DNA of 63,723 nucleotides from Acidobacteriota bacterium. Lineage in GTDB: Bacteria > Acidobacteriota > CAIWXX01. The DNA is taken from positions 1 to 63,723 of the forward strand of contig JACPPM010000238.1 in assembly GCA_016191015.1 (NCBI GenBank). Reading direction: 5' to 3'. Both the position numbers and the translations under genes were made by a program. Below, one piece after another: positions 1 to 8,628 of the stretch; the first letter of the stretch is position 1; every line of letters starts with the position of its first letter. The notes under the pieces are model-generated. The model was not told the origin of the DNA and made no database searches. It saw nothing but the letters and a program-made list of their open reading frames with translations.

Positions 1-35
1 GATTCGGAGTAGACGCACACGGGCATGAGCGCAAC

Positions 36-135
36 GTCATCCTGAGGAGCCGGGCGAAGCCCGGTGACGAAGGATCTCCTCCATGGGCTACGGGAGGAGA
101 TCCTTCGGCCCGGCCGCGCCGAGCCTCAGGTTGAC
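36..135. repeat. REP-like compound palindrome (GTCATCCTGAG...GAAGGATCT...AGATCCTTCG...CTCAGGTTGAC)
   Basis: Nested inverted repeats: outer GTCATCCTGAGG/CCTCAGGTTGAC, inner GAAGGATCTCCTCC/GGAGGAGATCCTTC. Confidence 0.75.
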
Positions 136-261
136 ATGCTGGCTCTACTGCGGCCAAGTGTACTCCGAATCTCAGTGGCCACTTGGTGGTACTGGGGAAT
201 CGGCAAATCGTCGTTCCCTCCGGAAACGAGATGAGGCGTCGATCGGGGATCGTTGCTCCTC

Positions 262-462
262 ACCACGGAGAGCACGGAGATCCACGGAGCGGATTCTTGT
301 AATATCCCCACAGACTCGTCCGTGACGGGCGCATGGAATCGTCCCTTTGTGACCCTTGGCGCGCATCCCCCAACGCGACGGAGACGCAACCTTTTTGGTT
401 GCGGCTCCGATGCGTTCGGGAGTTATCTCCGTGTTTCTCCGTGCCCTCTGTGCCTCCGTGGT
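262..462. repeat. Palindromic element with 9-nt periodic arms (CACGGAG)n...(CTCCGTG)n, containing a family C hairpin
   Basis: accacggagagcacggagatccacggag at 262-289 is mirrored by ctccgtgtttctccgtgccctctgtgcctccgtggt at 427-462. Confidence 0.8.
372..416. repeat. Family C hairpin repeat (GCGGCGGAGACGCAACC-loop-GGTTGCGGCTCCGCCGC)
   Basis: Related copies at 7824-7863, 15307-15347, 39065-39103. Confidence 0.75.
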
Positions 463-522
463 TGCACGGCTTCACCCACCAATCACGCCGACGCGTCCAA
501 CCTGCAATGGAGCCGCGACCTG

Positions 523-1035
523 CTAATGCGGGTCGCCGCGCTGAGGTCCGCTTCCGGCGATGCGTCGGAGGGCTTTGGGCGGCATGTGCCAGACCAAAGT
601 CCCTCGCGACGGGCCGAGCCGCTCGGTCTGAATGAACGAAACGCCGCCTTTCTTGAATTCGACCCCGAAGCTGCTGGAGCCTCCCAGAAGGTAGGAGACA
701 AGCTCAGAGCAGTTGGGCTGGTGGCCCACGAGCATCACGCTCTCAACCTCCTCCATCTTCGCAAGCCGACCACAGACGTCATCCGGCTGGTATCCGGGAG
801 ACAGCTCGCCGAGCAGTTCGGTCCGGCGGCTGACGGATCGGGAGATGATCTCCGCCGTTTGCCGCGCGCGGACAAGGGGGCTTGAGAGGATGCGGTCGGG
901 ACACACATCGAGAATCGCCAGGGCGGCCGCTACCTCCTCGATCCTTGCGATCCCTTCGGGAGTGAGCTGCCTCTGCGAATCGCCTCCGGGCGAGGAATCC
1001 TCCGCGATTCCGTGTCTCATGATGAAGATGTCCAA
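523..1035 (-). CDS. sixA: Phosphohistidine phosphatase SixA
   Basis: RHG motif (IMRHGIAE), R-x-LT-x-EG, SSPLVRARQTA, LVGHQP. Confidence 0.9.
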   Translation of the reverse strand: MDIFIMRHGIAEDSSPGGDSQRQLTPEGIARIEEVAAALAILDVCPDRILSSPLVRARQTAEIISRSVSRRTELLGELSPGYQPDDVCGRLAKMEEVESVMLVGHQPNCSELVSYLLGGSSSFGVEFKKGGVSFIQTERLGPSRGTLVWHMPPKALRRIAGSGPQRGDPH

Positions 1036-1321
1036 CTATTTCTCCCGGCCGGCGTCCGCAGTGCCCTTCTCGATCTCCAATTCTACACCAGCGGGCGTGC
1101 AGAGCGCCGTGGTCGAAGTGGAGTAAGGGCAAAGTCGGGCCCAGATTCGGGCGATTCTGTGCCGCGAGAGAGCGCAGATTGCGCGGATTTGCGCACAGAT
1201 TGCACAGAATCGTCCAACCTCTACCCGGTGTGGAACCTCATCCTCACTCCCCTGTCGACGCAATGCTTTTCCAACATCTGTGAGTGGATCTGCGTTGTGA
1301 GCGGGCATCGGGGCGATCCAA

Positions 1322-1389
1322 ACCACCAGGACACCGAGAAGGGGAAGAAGGCCCAGGGTGATTTCCTGATGTCTTGGCGTCCTGGTGGT
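1322..1389. repeat. Palindromic element ACCACCAGGACACC...GGCGTCCTGGTGGT
   Basis: Inverted arms; related element at 59458-59546. A degenerate (GCAGATT)n pair lies just upstream at about 1171-1296. Confidence 0.65.
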
Positions 1390-1444
1390 CGGGCGGATTC
1401 GGTCCGTCCGGGCGCCACTCCTGGTTATCGTCAAGCTGCAATCA

Positions 1445-1873
1445 TCAGAGTCCCATTTCCTCCAGGATTCCCTCTTCTTCGTGCTGTGGTGCATCGGCGG
1501 AATGTTCGGCTGGGGGGCTGGATGTGGACGGTTCGCCGGCCCCCTTGCGGCCGAGCATCAGCATGCGTTGCATGATGACGTCGGTTGCGTAGGCCTTCGC
1601 GCCGCTCTTGTCTGTGTAGCTGCGAGTCGAGAGGCGGCCCTCGACAAAGACGTGTTTGCCCTTGGTAAGGTAGGCACAGACGGTTTCAGCCAGGGGCCCG
1701 AAAGCCACCACCCGGTGCCATTCGGTTTTCGTCTCGACGCCGCCGGTCTGGTTTTTCCATCTCTGGTTGGTGGCCAGGCTGAACTTGGCGAACGGCCGCC
1801 CGTTGGGCATTGATCGTCGTTCGGGCTCGCCACCGAGTCGCCCGATCAGCATCACGACATTGAGGCTGCTCAT
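1445..1873 (-). CDS. ssb: Single-stranded DNA-binding protein
   Basis: MSSLNVVMLIGRLG, FSLATN, TEWHRVV, YLTKGKHVFVEGRL; start reassigned to the ATG at 1873 (RBS GGAG upstream). Confidence 0.93.
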   Translation of the reverse strand: MSSLNVVMLIGRLGGEPERRSMPNGRPFAKFSLATNQRWKNQTGGVETKTEWHRVVAFGPLAETVCAYLTKGKHVFVEGRLSTRSYTDKSGAKAYATDVIMQRMLMLGRKGAGEPSTSSPPAEHSADAPQHEEEGILEEMGL

Positions 1874-1916
1874 TGCTTGCTTCTCCCTTCCCTGCGAACG
1901 ATGAGATACGTTAGTG

Positions 1917-2948
1917 TTATGCGCCACAGGCCTTCCGTGCGGCCGCATCGTTGGCGGGCGCACGGAGGGCGTTGGCGATTTCCATGGATGCGTTTGGATT
2001 GTCACGCAGAAACCGTCGCGTTTGCTCACGACCGTTTCCAAGCCGCGTCCCGTTCCAGGAGAACCAGAAGCCGCTTTTCTCGATGACGCCGGCCTCGACG
2101 CCCCGATCGAGGAGATCCGTTTCGATCGAAAAGCCCTCGCCGTAGAGCAGATCCACTTCGGCATCGCGAAAAGGCGGCGCCATCTTGTTCTTCACGATTT
2201 TGACCCGTGTGCGGCATCCGACGGCCGCGTCGCCATCTTTTATCGTCTGTCCGCGTTTCACCTCGATCCGGAGCGACGCATAGAACTTCAGGGCGCGGCC
2301 GCCGGTCGTGGTCTCCGGATTACCGAACATGACTCCGATTTTCTCGCGCAACTGGTTGATGAAGAGCAGGCATGTGTTGCTCCGGGAGACACCCGCGGTG
2401 AGCTTTCTCATGGCCTGGCTCATCAACCGTGCCTGGAGGCCCATCTGCGCGTCCCCCATCTCCCCCTCGATCTCCGCCCGGGGAGTCAGGGCAGCGACGG
2501 AATCGATCACGCAGAGATCGATACCCTGACTGCGTACGAGGATATCAACGATCTCGAGAGCCTGTTCACCCGAGTCCGGCTGCGAAACGTAGAGGTTCTG
2601 GCAATCGACACCCAGGGCCTTCGCATAGTCGGGGGACAACGCATGCTCGGCGTCGATGAACGCGCAGACCCCTTTTTCCTGCTGGGCGCGCGCGATGACC
2701 TGCAGAGCGAAGGTCGTCTTCCCAGATGACTCCTGCCCGAACACTTCCACGATGCGCCCTCGCGGGATCCCCCCGCAGCCGATTGCCTGATCGATCGAGA
2801 ACACTCCGGTTGAAATGACATCGATGGCGTCGGCCGTGGAGTCCTGGCCGAGGCGCATGATCGACCCCTTGCCGAACTGCTTTTCGATCTGTGCGAGCGC
2901 CGCTTCGAAGGATTTTGCCCGCACCTCCAATTCCTTCACTGACATCAT
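1917..2948 (-). CDS. recA: Recombinase RecA
   Basis: [55 protein letters not shown]. Confidence 0.98.
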   Translation of the reverse strand: MMSVKELEVRAKSFEAALAQIEKQFGKGSIMRLGQDSTADAIDVISTGVFSIDQAIGCGGIPRGRIVEVFGQESSGKTTFALQVIARAQQEKGVCAFIDAEHALSPDYAKALGVDCQNLYVSQPDSGEQALEIVDILVRSQGIDLCVIDSVAALTPRAEIEGEMGDAQMGLQARLMSQAMRKLTAGVSRSNTCLLFINQLREKIGVMFGNPETTTGGRALKFYASLRIEVKRGQTIKDGDAAVGCRTRVKIVKNKMAPPFRDAEVDLLYGEGFSIETDLLDRGVEAGVIEKSGFWFSWNGTRLGNGREQTRRFLRDNPNASMEIANALRAPANDAAARKACGA

Positions 2949-3072
2949 GGTCTTTCATCCCCCTTCTTCGTAGAAATCCGGGTGGGTGTGCCGCGGGATT
3001 CCTCGGCCCTCCGCGCATCGCGAAGGGCCTCGGAATCGGCCTGAGCATCCCTGGGTCCGCCCGCCGGAGCCG

Positions 3073-3396
3073 CTACTTGGTCTGAGGCGCCGAGGCTCCT
3101 ACTGTGACTTGGCCCTTGATTTCCGCAAAGATCTTCTCCCCGACACCGCTGACCTTCATCAGGTCCTCCGGGGCTTTGAACTGTCCGTTCTTGGTTCTGA
3201 ACTCCACGATCCGCTGTGCGATCTTGTCGCCGATGCGGGGCAGGCGCGCAAGCTCAGAAGCGGGCGCGGTATTCAGGTTGATTTTCGGTGTGTCGGGCTT
3301 CGAGGCTGTGTCCGCAGTGATGTGTGGGGCCCAGATGGTGAGTGCGATCGCGAGAGCGATGACGAGGCCGAGCCTCCTGACGGTTCTTGATGCCAT
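3073..3396 (-). CDS. comEA: ComEA-family helix-hairpin-helix DNA-binding protein with signal peptide
   Basis: INLNTA..EL.RLPRIG.KIAQRIVEFR..NG.F...EDLMKVSGVGEK. Confidence 0.9.
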   Translation of the reverse strand: MASRTVRRLGLVIALAIALTIWAPHITADTASKPDTPKINLNTAPASELARLPRIGDKIAQRIVEFRTKNGQFKAPEDLMKVSGVGEKIFAEIKGQVTVGASAPQTK

Positions 3397-3580
3397 TTGT
3401 TCCTCCTTCTGTTATTCAGGTGAATGTAGGGTTCGTGTTCTCCGAATCCGTGAGCCGCCTACTGTCTGCCGCATCACCTCCTTCCGTCTTTGAACGGAGG
3501 CAACGGGCGTGCCAGGTGCGGACGGCAGCGCAGCGGCTTCGTTTTCAGTAGATTGGAGGCCTTGAGCATCCTCGCCCTGT

Positions 3581-3665
3581 GACAACAACTGTTGACAGTG
3601 TGGACCGACGGAGTGCGGAAAAGGCTGATTTCAAAGGGTGGACCGTGCTGTCAACAACCGTTGAC
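3581..3665. promoter_or_regulatory. Two palindromic candidate operators, G(A/T)CAAC-N4-GTTGAC, in the divergent comEA/TPR intergenic region
   Basis: GACAACAACTGTTGAC at 3581-3596 and GTCAACAACCGTTGAC at 3650-3665, each followed by (A/G)GTGTG(G/A)AC. Confidence 0.45.
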
Positions 3666-3703
3666 GGTGTGAACGCGAGTTGACTTTGAGGCCAAGCAAA
3701 CGT

Positions 3704-5290
3704 ATGTTTCTCGTGAAAATCGTCATGCGATGTCTGCTTGTCGTGGTTCTCCTCATTGCGGGCCCGCTCCGAGGTGCGGCCGCGACTCTGGTGCCACCCG
3801 TCCTGGTCCTGGTTCCGGAGAATCGCACGGGAAGGCTCGAACATGACTGGATCGGCATCAGCGTTTCCCGATACCTCTCCAACAAGCTGCTCCCGATGCT
3901 CGACGTCGCATCGATTACTCCGGATCGGCGGATGGCGGGATTCGAGACCATGGCAATCCCGGCCAACCGGGCGGTGACCAGAGCGACGATGTTGAAGGTG
4001 GCCGCGGAGCTGAAAGCATCGTTCGTGCTCTTCGGATCGTACGAGACGAGAGCGGACGGGGATCTGCAGGTGACGGTCACGCCGCTGGACGCGGTTCACA
4101 TGACGATCGGCAAGGCGATCTCGGTGAAGGGAAAGCCGGAGGAATTGATTTCGATCGAGAACACGATCGGTTATGGGCTGGTGAGGGAATACTTCGCAGA
4201 TCCGGATCGGCTGCGCTCACAGATTCTCGGCCGCGATGCCGGTGTGCCTGTTGCGGCATACGAGGCGTTGGCTCGGAGCTTCGGGATCACGGACCAGGAG
4301 AAGCGGCTCTATTGGCTTCGCAAGGCGGTCGCGGCGCGCGCAGGATATGGCGAGGCGGTTTTGGAGCAGGCGCAAATCCTCTACACGCGTGGCGATTATG
4401 GTGCGGTGATCAAGCTGCTGAACAGCGCGACGGCGGAGTATGCCGACAGGTTCAGTTTTCTACGGGGCATGGCCTGTTTTTCGAGCCGCGACTTCGCGCA
4501 AGCATCGGAGCTATTCTCGACGTTGGCGAACAAACCCTCGTTCAGCGAGGCGGCTCTCAACAACCTTGCGGCCGCGCGATCCGAACAGGGGGATCAGGAG
4601 CAGGCGGCGTTTCATCTCAAGAGCGCGCTGCCGCAGGCCGTCTCCGCGGCCTCGCTGTATTTCAATCTCGGCGTTGTCAGCCAGAGAGCGGGCCTCACGG
4701 AAGCCGCCATTGCAGCGTTCAAGGAGTCGGCCAGGCGTGATCCTGACGACTGGCAGGCACAGACTCTGCTGGCTCGTCTCCTCGAACAGAACGGGCAGCG
4801 CGAAGAGTCGCTTGCCGTCGTGGCGATCGCCGCGAAGCGGATGCCACACCATCCATCGGATCCGGAGACGCTCCTGCGCCCGCGGCTGCGGCCGCTTCCC
4901 GAAGGCGGCGAATCAGCGCCCCGCGAGGTACCGCCGGCGGCGGCGCGAGCTGAGGTGATCGGCTTCCACCTCGAGCGAGGGGGGATTCTCTGCGAAAAGC
5001 AGATGTGGGCCGAGGCCGTTGGCGAGCTCCGAAAAGTGCTCTATCTCGATCCCTACGACGGAAACGCGCGGTACCTGCTCGCGCGCGCCTACCTCGGCAC
5101 CGGCGACCTCGAGCACGCGCTCATCGAGGCGAGGATGTCGCTCTGGAGCCAGGAGAGCGCAGCGGCTCACATGCTGCTCGCCCATATCCTCAATCAAATG
5201 GGGCGCAACGACGAGGCGCGAGGTGAGGCGATGCGGGTGCTGCAGATCGAGCCGGAGAATGCAGAAGCGCGGGCTTTTGCGGGGGTATAG
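3704..5290 (+). CDS. Exported tetratricopeptide-repeat protein
   Basis: Signal peptide, TolB-N-like alpha/beta region, many TPR motifs (ALNNLAA, LYFNLGVV, ARYLLARAY); start uncertain (3680/3704/3725). Confidence 0.8.
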   Translation: MFLVKIVMRCLLVVVLLIAGPLRGAAATLVPPVLVLVPENRTGRLEHDWIGISVSRYLSNKLLPMLDVASITPDRRMAGFETMAIPANRAVTRATMLKVAAELKASFVLFGSYETRADGDLQVTVTPLDAVHMTIGKAISVKGKPEELISIENTIGYGLVREYFADPDRLRSQILGRDAGVPVAAYEALARSFGITDQEKRLYWLRKAVAARAGYGEAVLEQAQILYTRGDYGAVIKLLNSATAEYADRFSFLRGMACFSSRDFAQASELFSTLANKPSFSEAALNNLAAARSEQGDQEQAAFHLKSALPQAVSAASLYFNLGVVSQRAGLTEAAIAAFKESARRDPDDWQAQTLLARLLEQNGQREESLAVVAIAAKRMPHHPSDPETLLRPRLRPLPEGGESAPREVPPAAARAEVIGFHLERGGILCEKQMWAEAVGELRKVLYLDPYDGNARYLLARAYLGTGDLEHALIEARMSLWSQESAAAHMLLAHILNQMGRNDEARGEAMRVLQIEPENAEARAFAGV

Positions 5291-5292
5291 GT

Positions 5293-6654
5293 GTGAGAGA
5301 GGGGTTCAAAGTTCAAAGTTCAAAGTTCAAAGCGCCGCAGAACGGATCGCGACGTGCGCGATGGCTCGGGTTCTTCCTGGCGTGTGGCTTGGCGCTCTGC
5401 GATCCAGGTCGGGCAGCGGCCGACATTCTCGTCGTCGATATGGCTGAGATCGTCCATCCGGTGACGGCCCGGTTTCTGACGAACGCGATCGAGACGGCCG
5501 AGCGCGAGAAGGCCGCGCTCCTCATCGTGCGCCTCAACACACCCGGCGGGCTGATGGACTCGATGCGAGAGATCATCATGCGGATGCTGGACGCGCGTGT
5601 ACCGATTGCGATCTATGTGAGCCCCAGCGGTGCGAGGGCGGCGTCGGCGGGATTCCTGATTACGATCTCGGCGGATATCGCGGCGATGGCACCGGGAACG
5701 AATATGGGGGCTGCGCATCCGGTCAGCGGGATGGGCGAGAAGATCGATGAGGTGATGTCGAAGAAGATCGAGAACGACACGGTAGCCTGGATCAAGTCGA
5801 TTGCCGAGAAGCGTGGGCGCAACGCCGATCTGGCGGACAAGGCGGTACGCGAAAGCAAGTCGTACACCGAGCGGGAGTCGCTTGAAGGGAAACTGATCGA
5901 GTACGTTTGCAAGGACACCGACGATCTCATCGCTCAGCTCGACGGCAAGACCGTCAAGCGATTCGGAGGGCAGGAGATGACCCTCCATCTGAGGGGACAG
6001 GCACAGCAGCGGATCGAGATGTCGCAGAAGGAGAAGATCCTGAGCTTTCTGGCGCATCCTGAGGTGGCGTACCTATTGTTCATGGCGGCGCTGCTCGGTC
6101 TCTATTTCGAGTTCGCGACGCCAGGCGCGATCTTCCCCGGCGTGGCCGGTGGCATCTGCCTGATCCTCGCTCTGTTTGCCTTCGACGTCCTTCCGATCAA
6201 CTCGGCTGGGCTTCTGCTCATTCTTGTGGCCTTCGCTCTGTTCATCGCGGAGGTCAAGGTGCAGAGCTTCGGTGTCCTTGGCGTCGGCGGGATCATCGCA
6301 CTGGTGATTGGATCGTTGATGCTGTTCGACGCACCTGATTCATCGCTCCGTGTCCCGCCTCCCACCGTCCTGGGCGTCTCCCTGGCGGTGGCACTCATTG
6401 TGATCTTCCTCCTGCGCCTGGCGGTAAAAGCGATGGGCAGCAAGACCGTGACCGGAGAGAAGGGACTCGTCGGAGAAATCGGCACCGTGTTCCAGGATCT
6501 TCACCGTGATGGGCAGGACCCAGAGGGCAAGGTCCAGGTCCACGGCGAATTCTGGAACGCGGTCTCAGTCGAAGGCGACCTGCCGCGCAACGAGCGAGTG
6601 GAGGTCGTCGAGGTGACGGGCCTCCGGCTCATGGTCAAGAAAAAAACGACTTAG
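5293..6654 (+). CDS. nfeD: NfeD-family membrane-bound serine protease
   Basis: LNTPGGL, AASAG, MAPGTNMGAAHPV, TM block, C-terminal OB domain (GKVQVHGEFWNA); adjacent to an SPFH gene. Confidence 0.92.
   Translation: MREGFKVQSSKFKAPQNGSRRARWLGFFLACGLALCDPGRAAADILVVDMAEIVHPVTARFLTNAIETAEREKAALLIVRLNTPGGLMDSMREIIMRMLDARVPIAIYVSPSGARAASAGFLITISADIAAMAPGTNMGAAHPVSGMGEKIDEVMSKKIENDTVAWIKSIAEKRGRNADLADKAVRESKSYTERESLEGKLIEYVCKDTDDLIAQLDGKTVKRFGGQEMTLHLRGQAQQRIEMSQKEKILSFLAHPEVAYLLFMAALLGLYFEFATPGAIFPGVAGGICLILALFAFDVLPINSAGLLLILVAFALFIAEVKVQSFGVLGVGGIIALVIGSLMLFDAPDSSLRVPPPTVLGVSLAVALIVIFLLRLAVKAMGSKTVTGEKGLVGEIGTVFQDLHRDGQDPEGKVQVHGEFWNAVSVEGDLPRNERVEVVEVTGLRLMVKKKTT
5304..5331 (+). repeat. (GTTCAAA)4 heptamer tandem repeat
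   Basis: Four perfect copies; the same heptamer occurs at about 10382-10413, 10686-10700 (inverted) and 62101-62168. Confidence 0.85.
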
Positions 6655-6672
6655 TCGAAAAGGAGGAGTGCT

Positions 6673-7413
6673 ATGTCCCCAGTTGGTATTATCGTCGTGG
6701 TCGTCGTTCTTTACCTTCTCAGCTCTATCAAGATACTACCGGAGTACGAGCGCGGCGTCATTTTCCGCCTCGGGCGACTGCACAAGGTCGACAAGGGCCC
6801 CGGCCTCGTGTTCGTGTTCGCGCCTATCGACAGGATCGTGCGGGTGAGCCTGCGAACGATCGTTCTGGATGTCCCGCCGCAGGACATCATCACGCGGGAC
6901 AACGTATCGGTGAAGGTCAATGCAGTGGTCTACTTCCGCGTCATGTCCCCACGAAAGGCCATCGTGGAGGTCGAGAACTATCTCTACGCCACCTCGCAAC
7001 TCGCCCAGACGACTCTCCGCAGCGTTCTTGGCCAGGCCGAGATGGACGAGCTTCTCGCGGAGCGCGATAAACTCAACGCGACCCTGCAGTCCATTCTCGA
7101 CAAGCACACCGATCCCTGGGGAATCAAGGTATCGGCGGTCGAAGTAAAACACGTCGACCTGCCAACGGAAATGCAGCGGGCGATGGCGAAGCAGGCTGAG
7201 GCCGAGCGCGAGAGGCGGGCGAAGATTATCCACGCCGAGGGCGAGTTCAACGCGTCTCAGAAACTGGCGGATGCTGCCGAGATCATTTCGAAGAACTCCG
7301 TCACGCTCCAGCTCCGCTACATGCAGACCCTGACCGAGATCGCGACCGAGAAGAACTCGACAATCATCTTCCCACTCCCGATTGATATGATCTCGCAGTA
7401 TCTCAAGAGGTAG
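6673..7413 (+). CDS. SPFH/stomatin-like (slipin) protein
   Basis: [51 protein letters not shown]; strong AGGAGG RBS. Confidence 0.95.
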   Translation: MSPVGIIVVVVVLYLLSSIKILPEYERGVIFRLGRLHKVDKGPGLVFVFAPIDRIVRVSLRTIVLDVPPQDIITRDNVSVKVNAVVYFRVMSPRKAIVEVENYLYATSQLAQTTLRSVLGQAEMDELLAERDKLNATLQSILDKHTDPWGIKVSAVEVKHVDLPTEMQRAMAKQAEAERERRAKIIHAEGEFNASQKLADAAEIISKNSVTLQLRYMQTLTEIATEKNSTIIFPLPIDMISQYLKR

Positions 7414-7616
7414 GGGCTAGGCCGCTTAGCGGCCCATTCTTACCAAACATGTTGTCAGGTCAAACGAGGCCGAAAGCCGGGAAACCACAGATCTCGCAGA
7501 TTTCACAGATTCAACCACGGAGTATTGACGGCTGCGAGATCGTCGCCCGGGGGAATTTGCGTAATCGGTGCAATCTGCGGTTTCCCTTCCGGTCTTCGGG
7601 CTGCCGCAACGCAGCC
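7414..7616 (+). repeat. Family B ~200-bp interspersed element (MITE-like)
   Basis: Near-identical inverted copy at 42086-42279; internal (CAGAT)n 9-mer arms at 7484-7581. Confidence 0.85.
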
Positions 7617-7649
7617 TCTCGTCGCAGGCGCTGTCCTGCGACGAGCATA

Positions 7650-7863
7650 GTGTCTAGGAAGTTGAGTGTTGACGCAAAATGGCAAGAAACTTGAGGCGGC
7701 TAAATCTTCCGAGCTCCTCTCAGGAAAGCAGGAGGGGAGGAATGCAGGAACGGAGCGGTCCTCTCGGCCGATCGGGGTGGCTCGGAAGAACGCTCTCACT
7801 CTCCACTCTTCACGCTCTCACGCGCGGCGGAGACGCAACCGATGCAGGTTGCGGCTCCGCCGC
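7650..7863 (+). repeat. Family D element followed by a family C hairpin
   Basis: 7650-7799 aligns with the reverse complement of 12313-12463 and partly with 39183-39216. Confidence 0.7.
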
Positions 7864-8064
7864 CTTAGGGTCGAACGGACCGGGATGAGGTGGTGGAGTC
7901 AGGACTCAGATGTATGTACTACAGTGCCCGAAAGCTCCACGCTCTCCGCGCCCCGGGAGGCTGGAGGGGCACTACCCGTGTCGTAAAACTTCTGGCGCCG
8001 GATGTATGAATTATGGTATTCATATTAGCGATTTGATAGGGTGCTCAGGGGAGTGGGTGAGAGT

Positions 8065-8628
8065 ATGACCGACTGGAGCGACACCGGGTATCACGAGATC
8101 CGGCTGGAGCACAAACAGCTGGCAATTGTGTTTTTCGTAGCCGTCTCGTTCGGCGTCGTTCTGTTCCTTCTCGGAGTCTGGGTGGGCCGCAAGAACCCGC
8201 CGGTGTTGGAGAGTGGGACGGAGGCGATTGAGCAGGTCGAATCGACTTCGCCCAAGCCCGCCGAGGAGAAGACGTCTCCCCCGACTTTCTTCGAGAAGAG
8301 GCCGGCGGGGGAACGGCCCACGGATGGATCGAGCGAGAGCGCGCCAACGCCGCCACCCGCAGCCTCGGCTTCGGCGCAATCCCCGGCCAAGCCGAAGGGG
8401 CACGTATACACGCTCCAGGCCGGCGCATTCAGCACCGAGGAGAACGCGAAGAAAGCGGCGATGGATTTGGAGAAAGCCGGGTATACGATCACCGTCGCCG
8501 CTCCGGATCCGAAGGACAAGAAGAAGCTCTACCGTGTGCTCGTCGGCGAGTTCGCGTCCAGGGAGGAAGCGCTCGCAGCCAAGAAGCGGCTCGAAGGCAT
8601 GGGCTTCAAGAACCTCGTACCGAAGTGA
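8065..8628 (+). CDS. SPOR-domain protein (FtsN/DedD-like architecture)
   Basis: N-terminal TM, Pro/Ser linker, YTLQAGAFS..ENA...YRVLVGEF.SREEA. Confidence 0.88.
   Translation: MTDWSDTGYHEIRLEHKQLAIVFFVAVSFGVVLFLLGVWVGRKNPPVLESGTEAIEQVESTSPKPAEEKTSPPTFFEKRPAGERPTDGSSESAPTPPPAASASAQSPAKPKGHVYTLQAGAFSTEENAKKAAMDLEKAGYTITVAAPDPKDKKKLYRVLVGEFASREEALAAKKRLEGMGFKNLVPK

Noticed and set aside
1445-2164. 239-aa extended SSB
   Set aside because: The extension overlaps recA; SSB homology starts at the ATG at 1873
2949-3500. Known LexA boxes upstream of recA/comEA
   Set aside because: No clean CTGT-N8-ACAG, GAAC-N4-GTTC or GTTC-N7-GTTC match found by eye
8000-8030. dif site
   Set aside because: It has an arm-6-arm layout but no XerD-arm consensus (TTATGTTAAAT)
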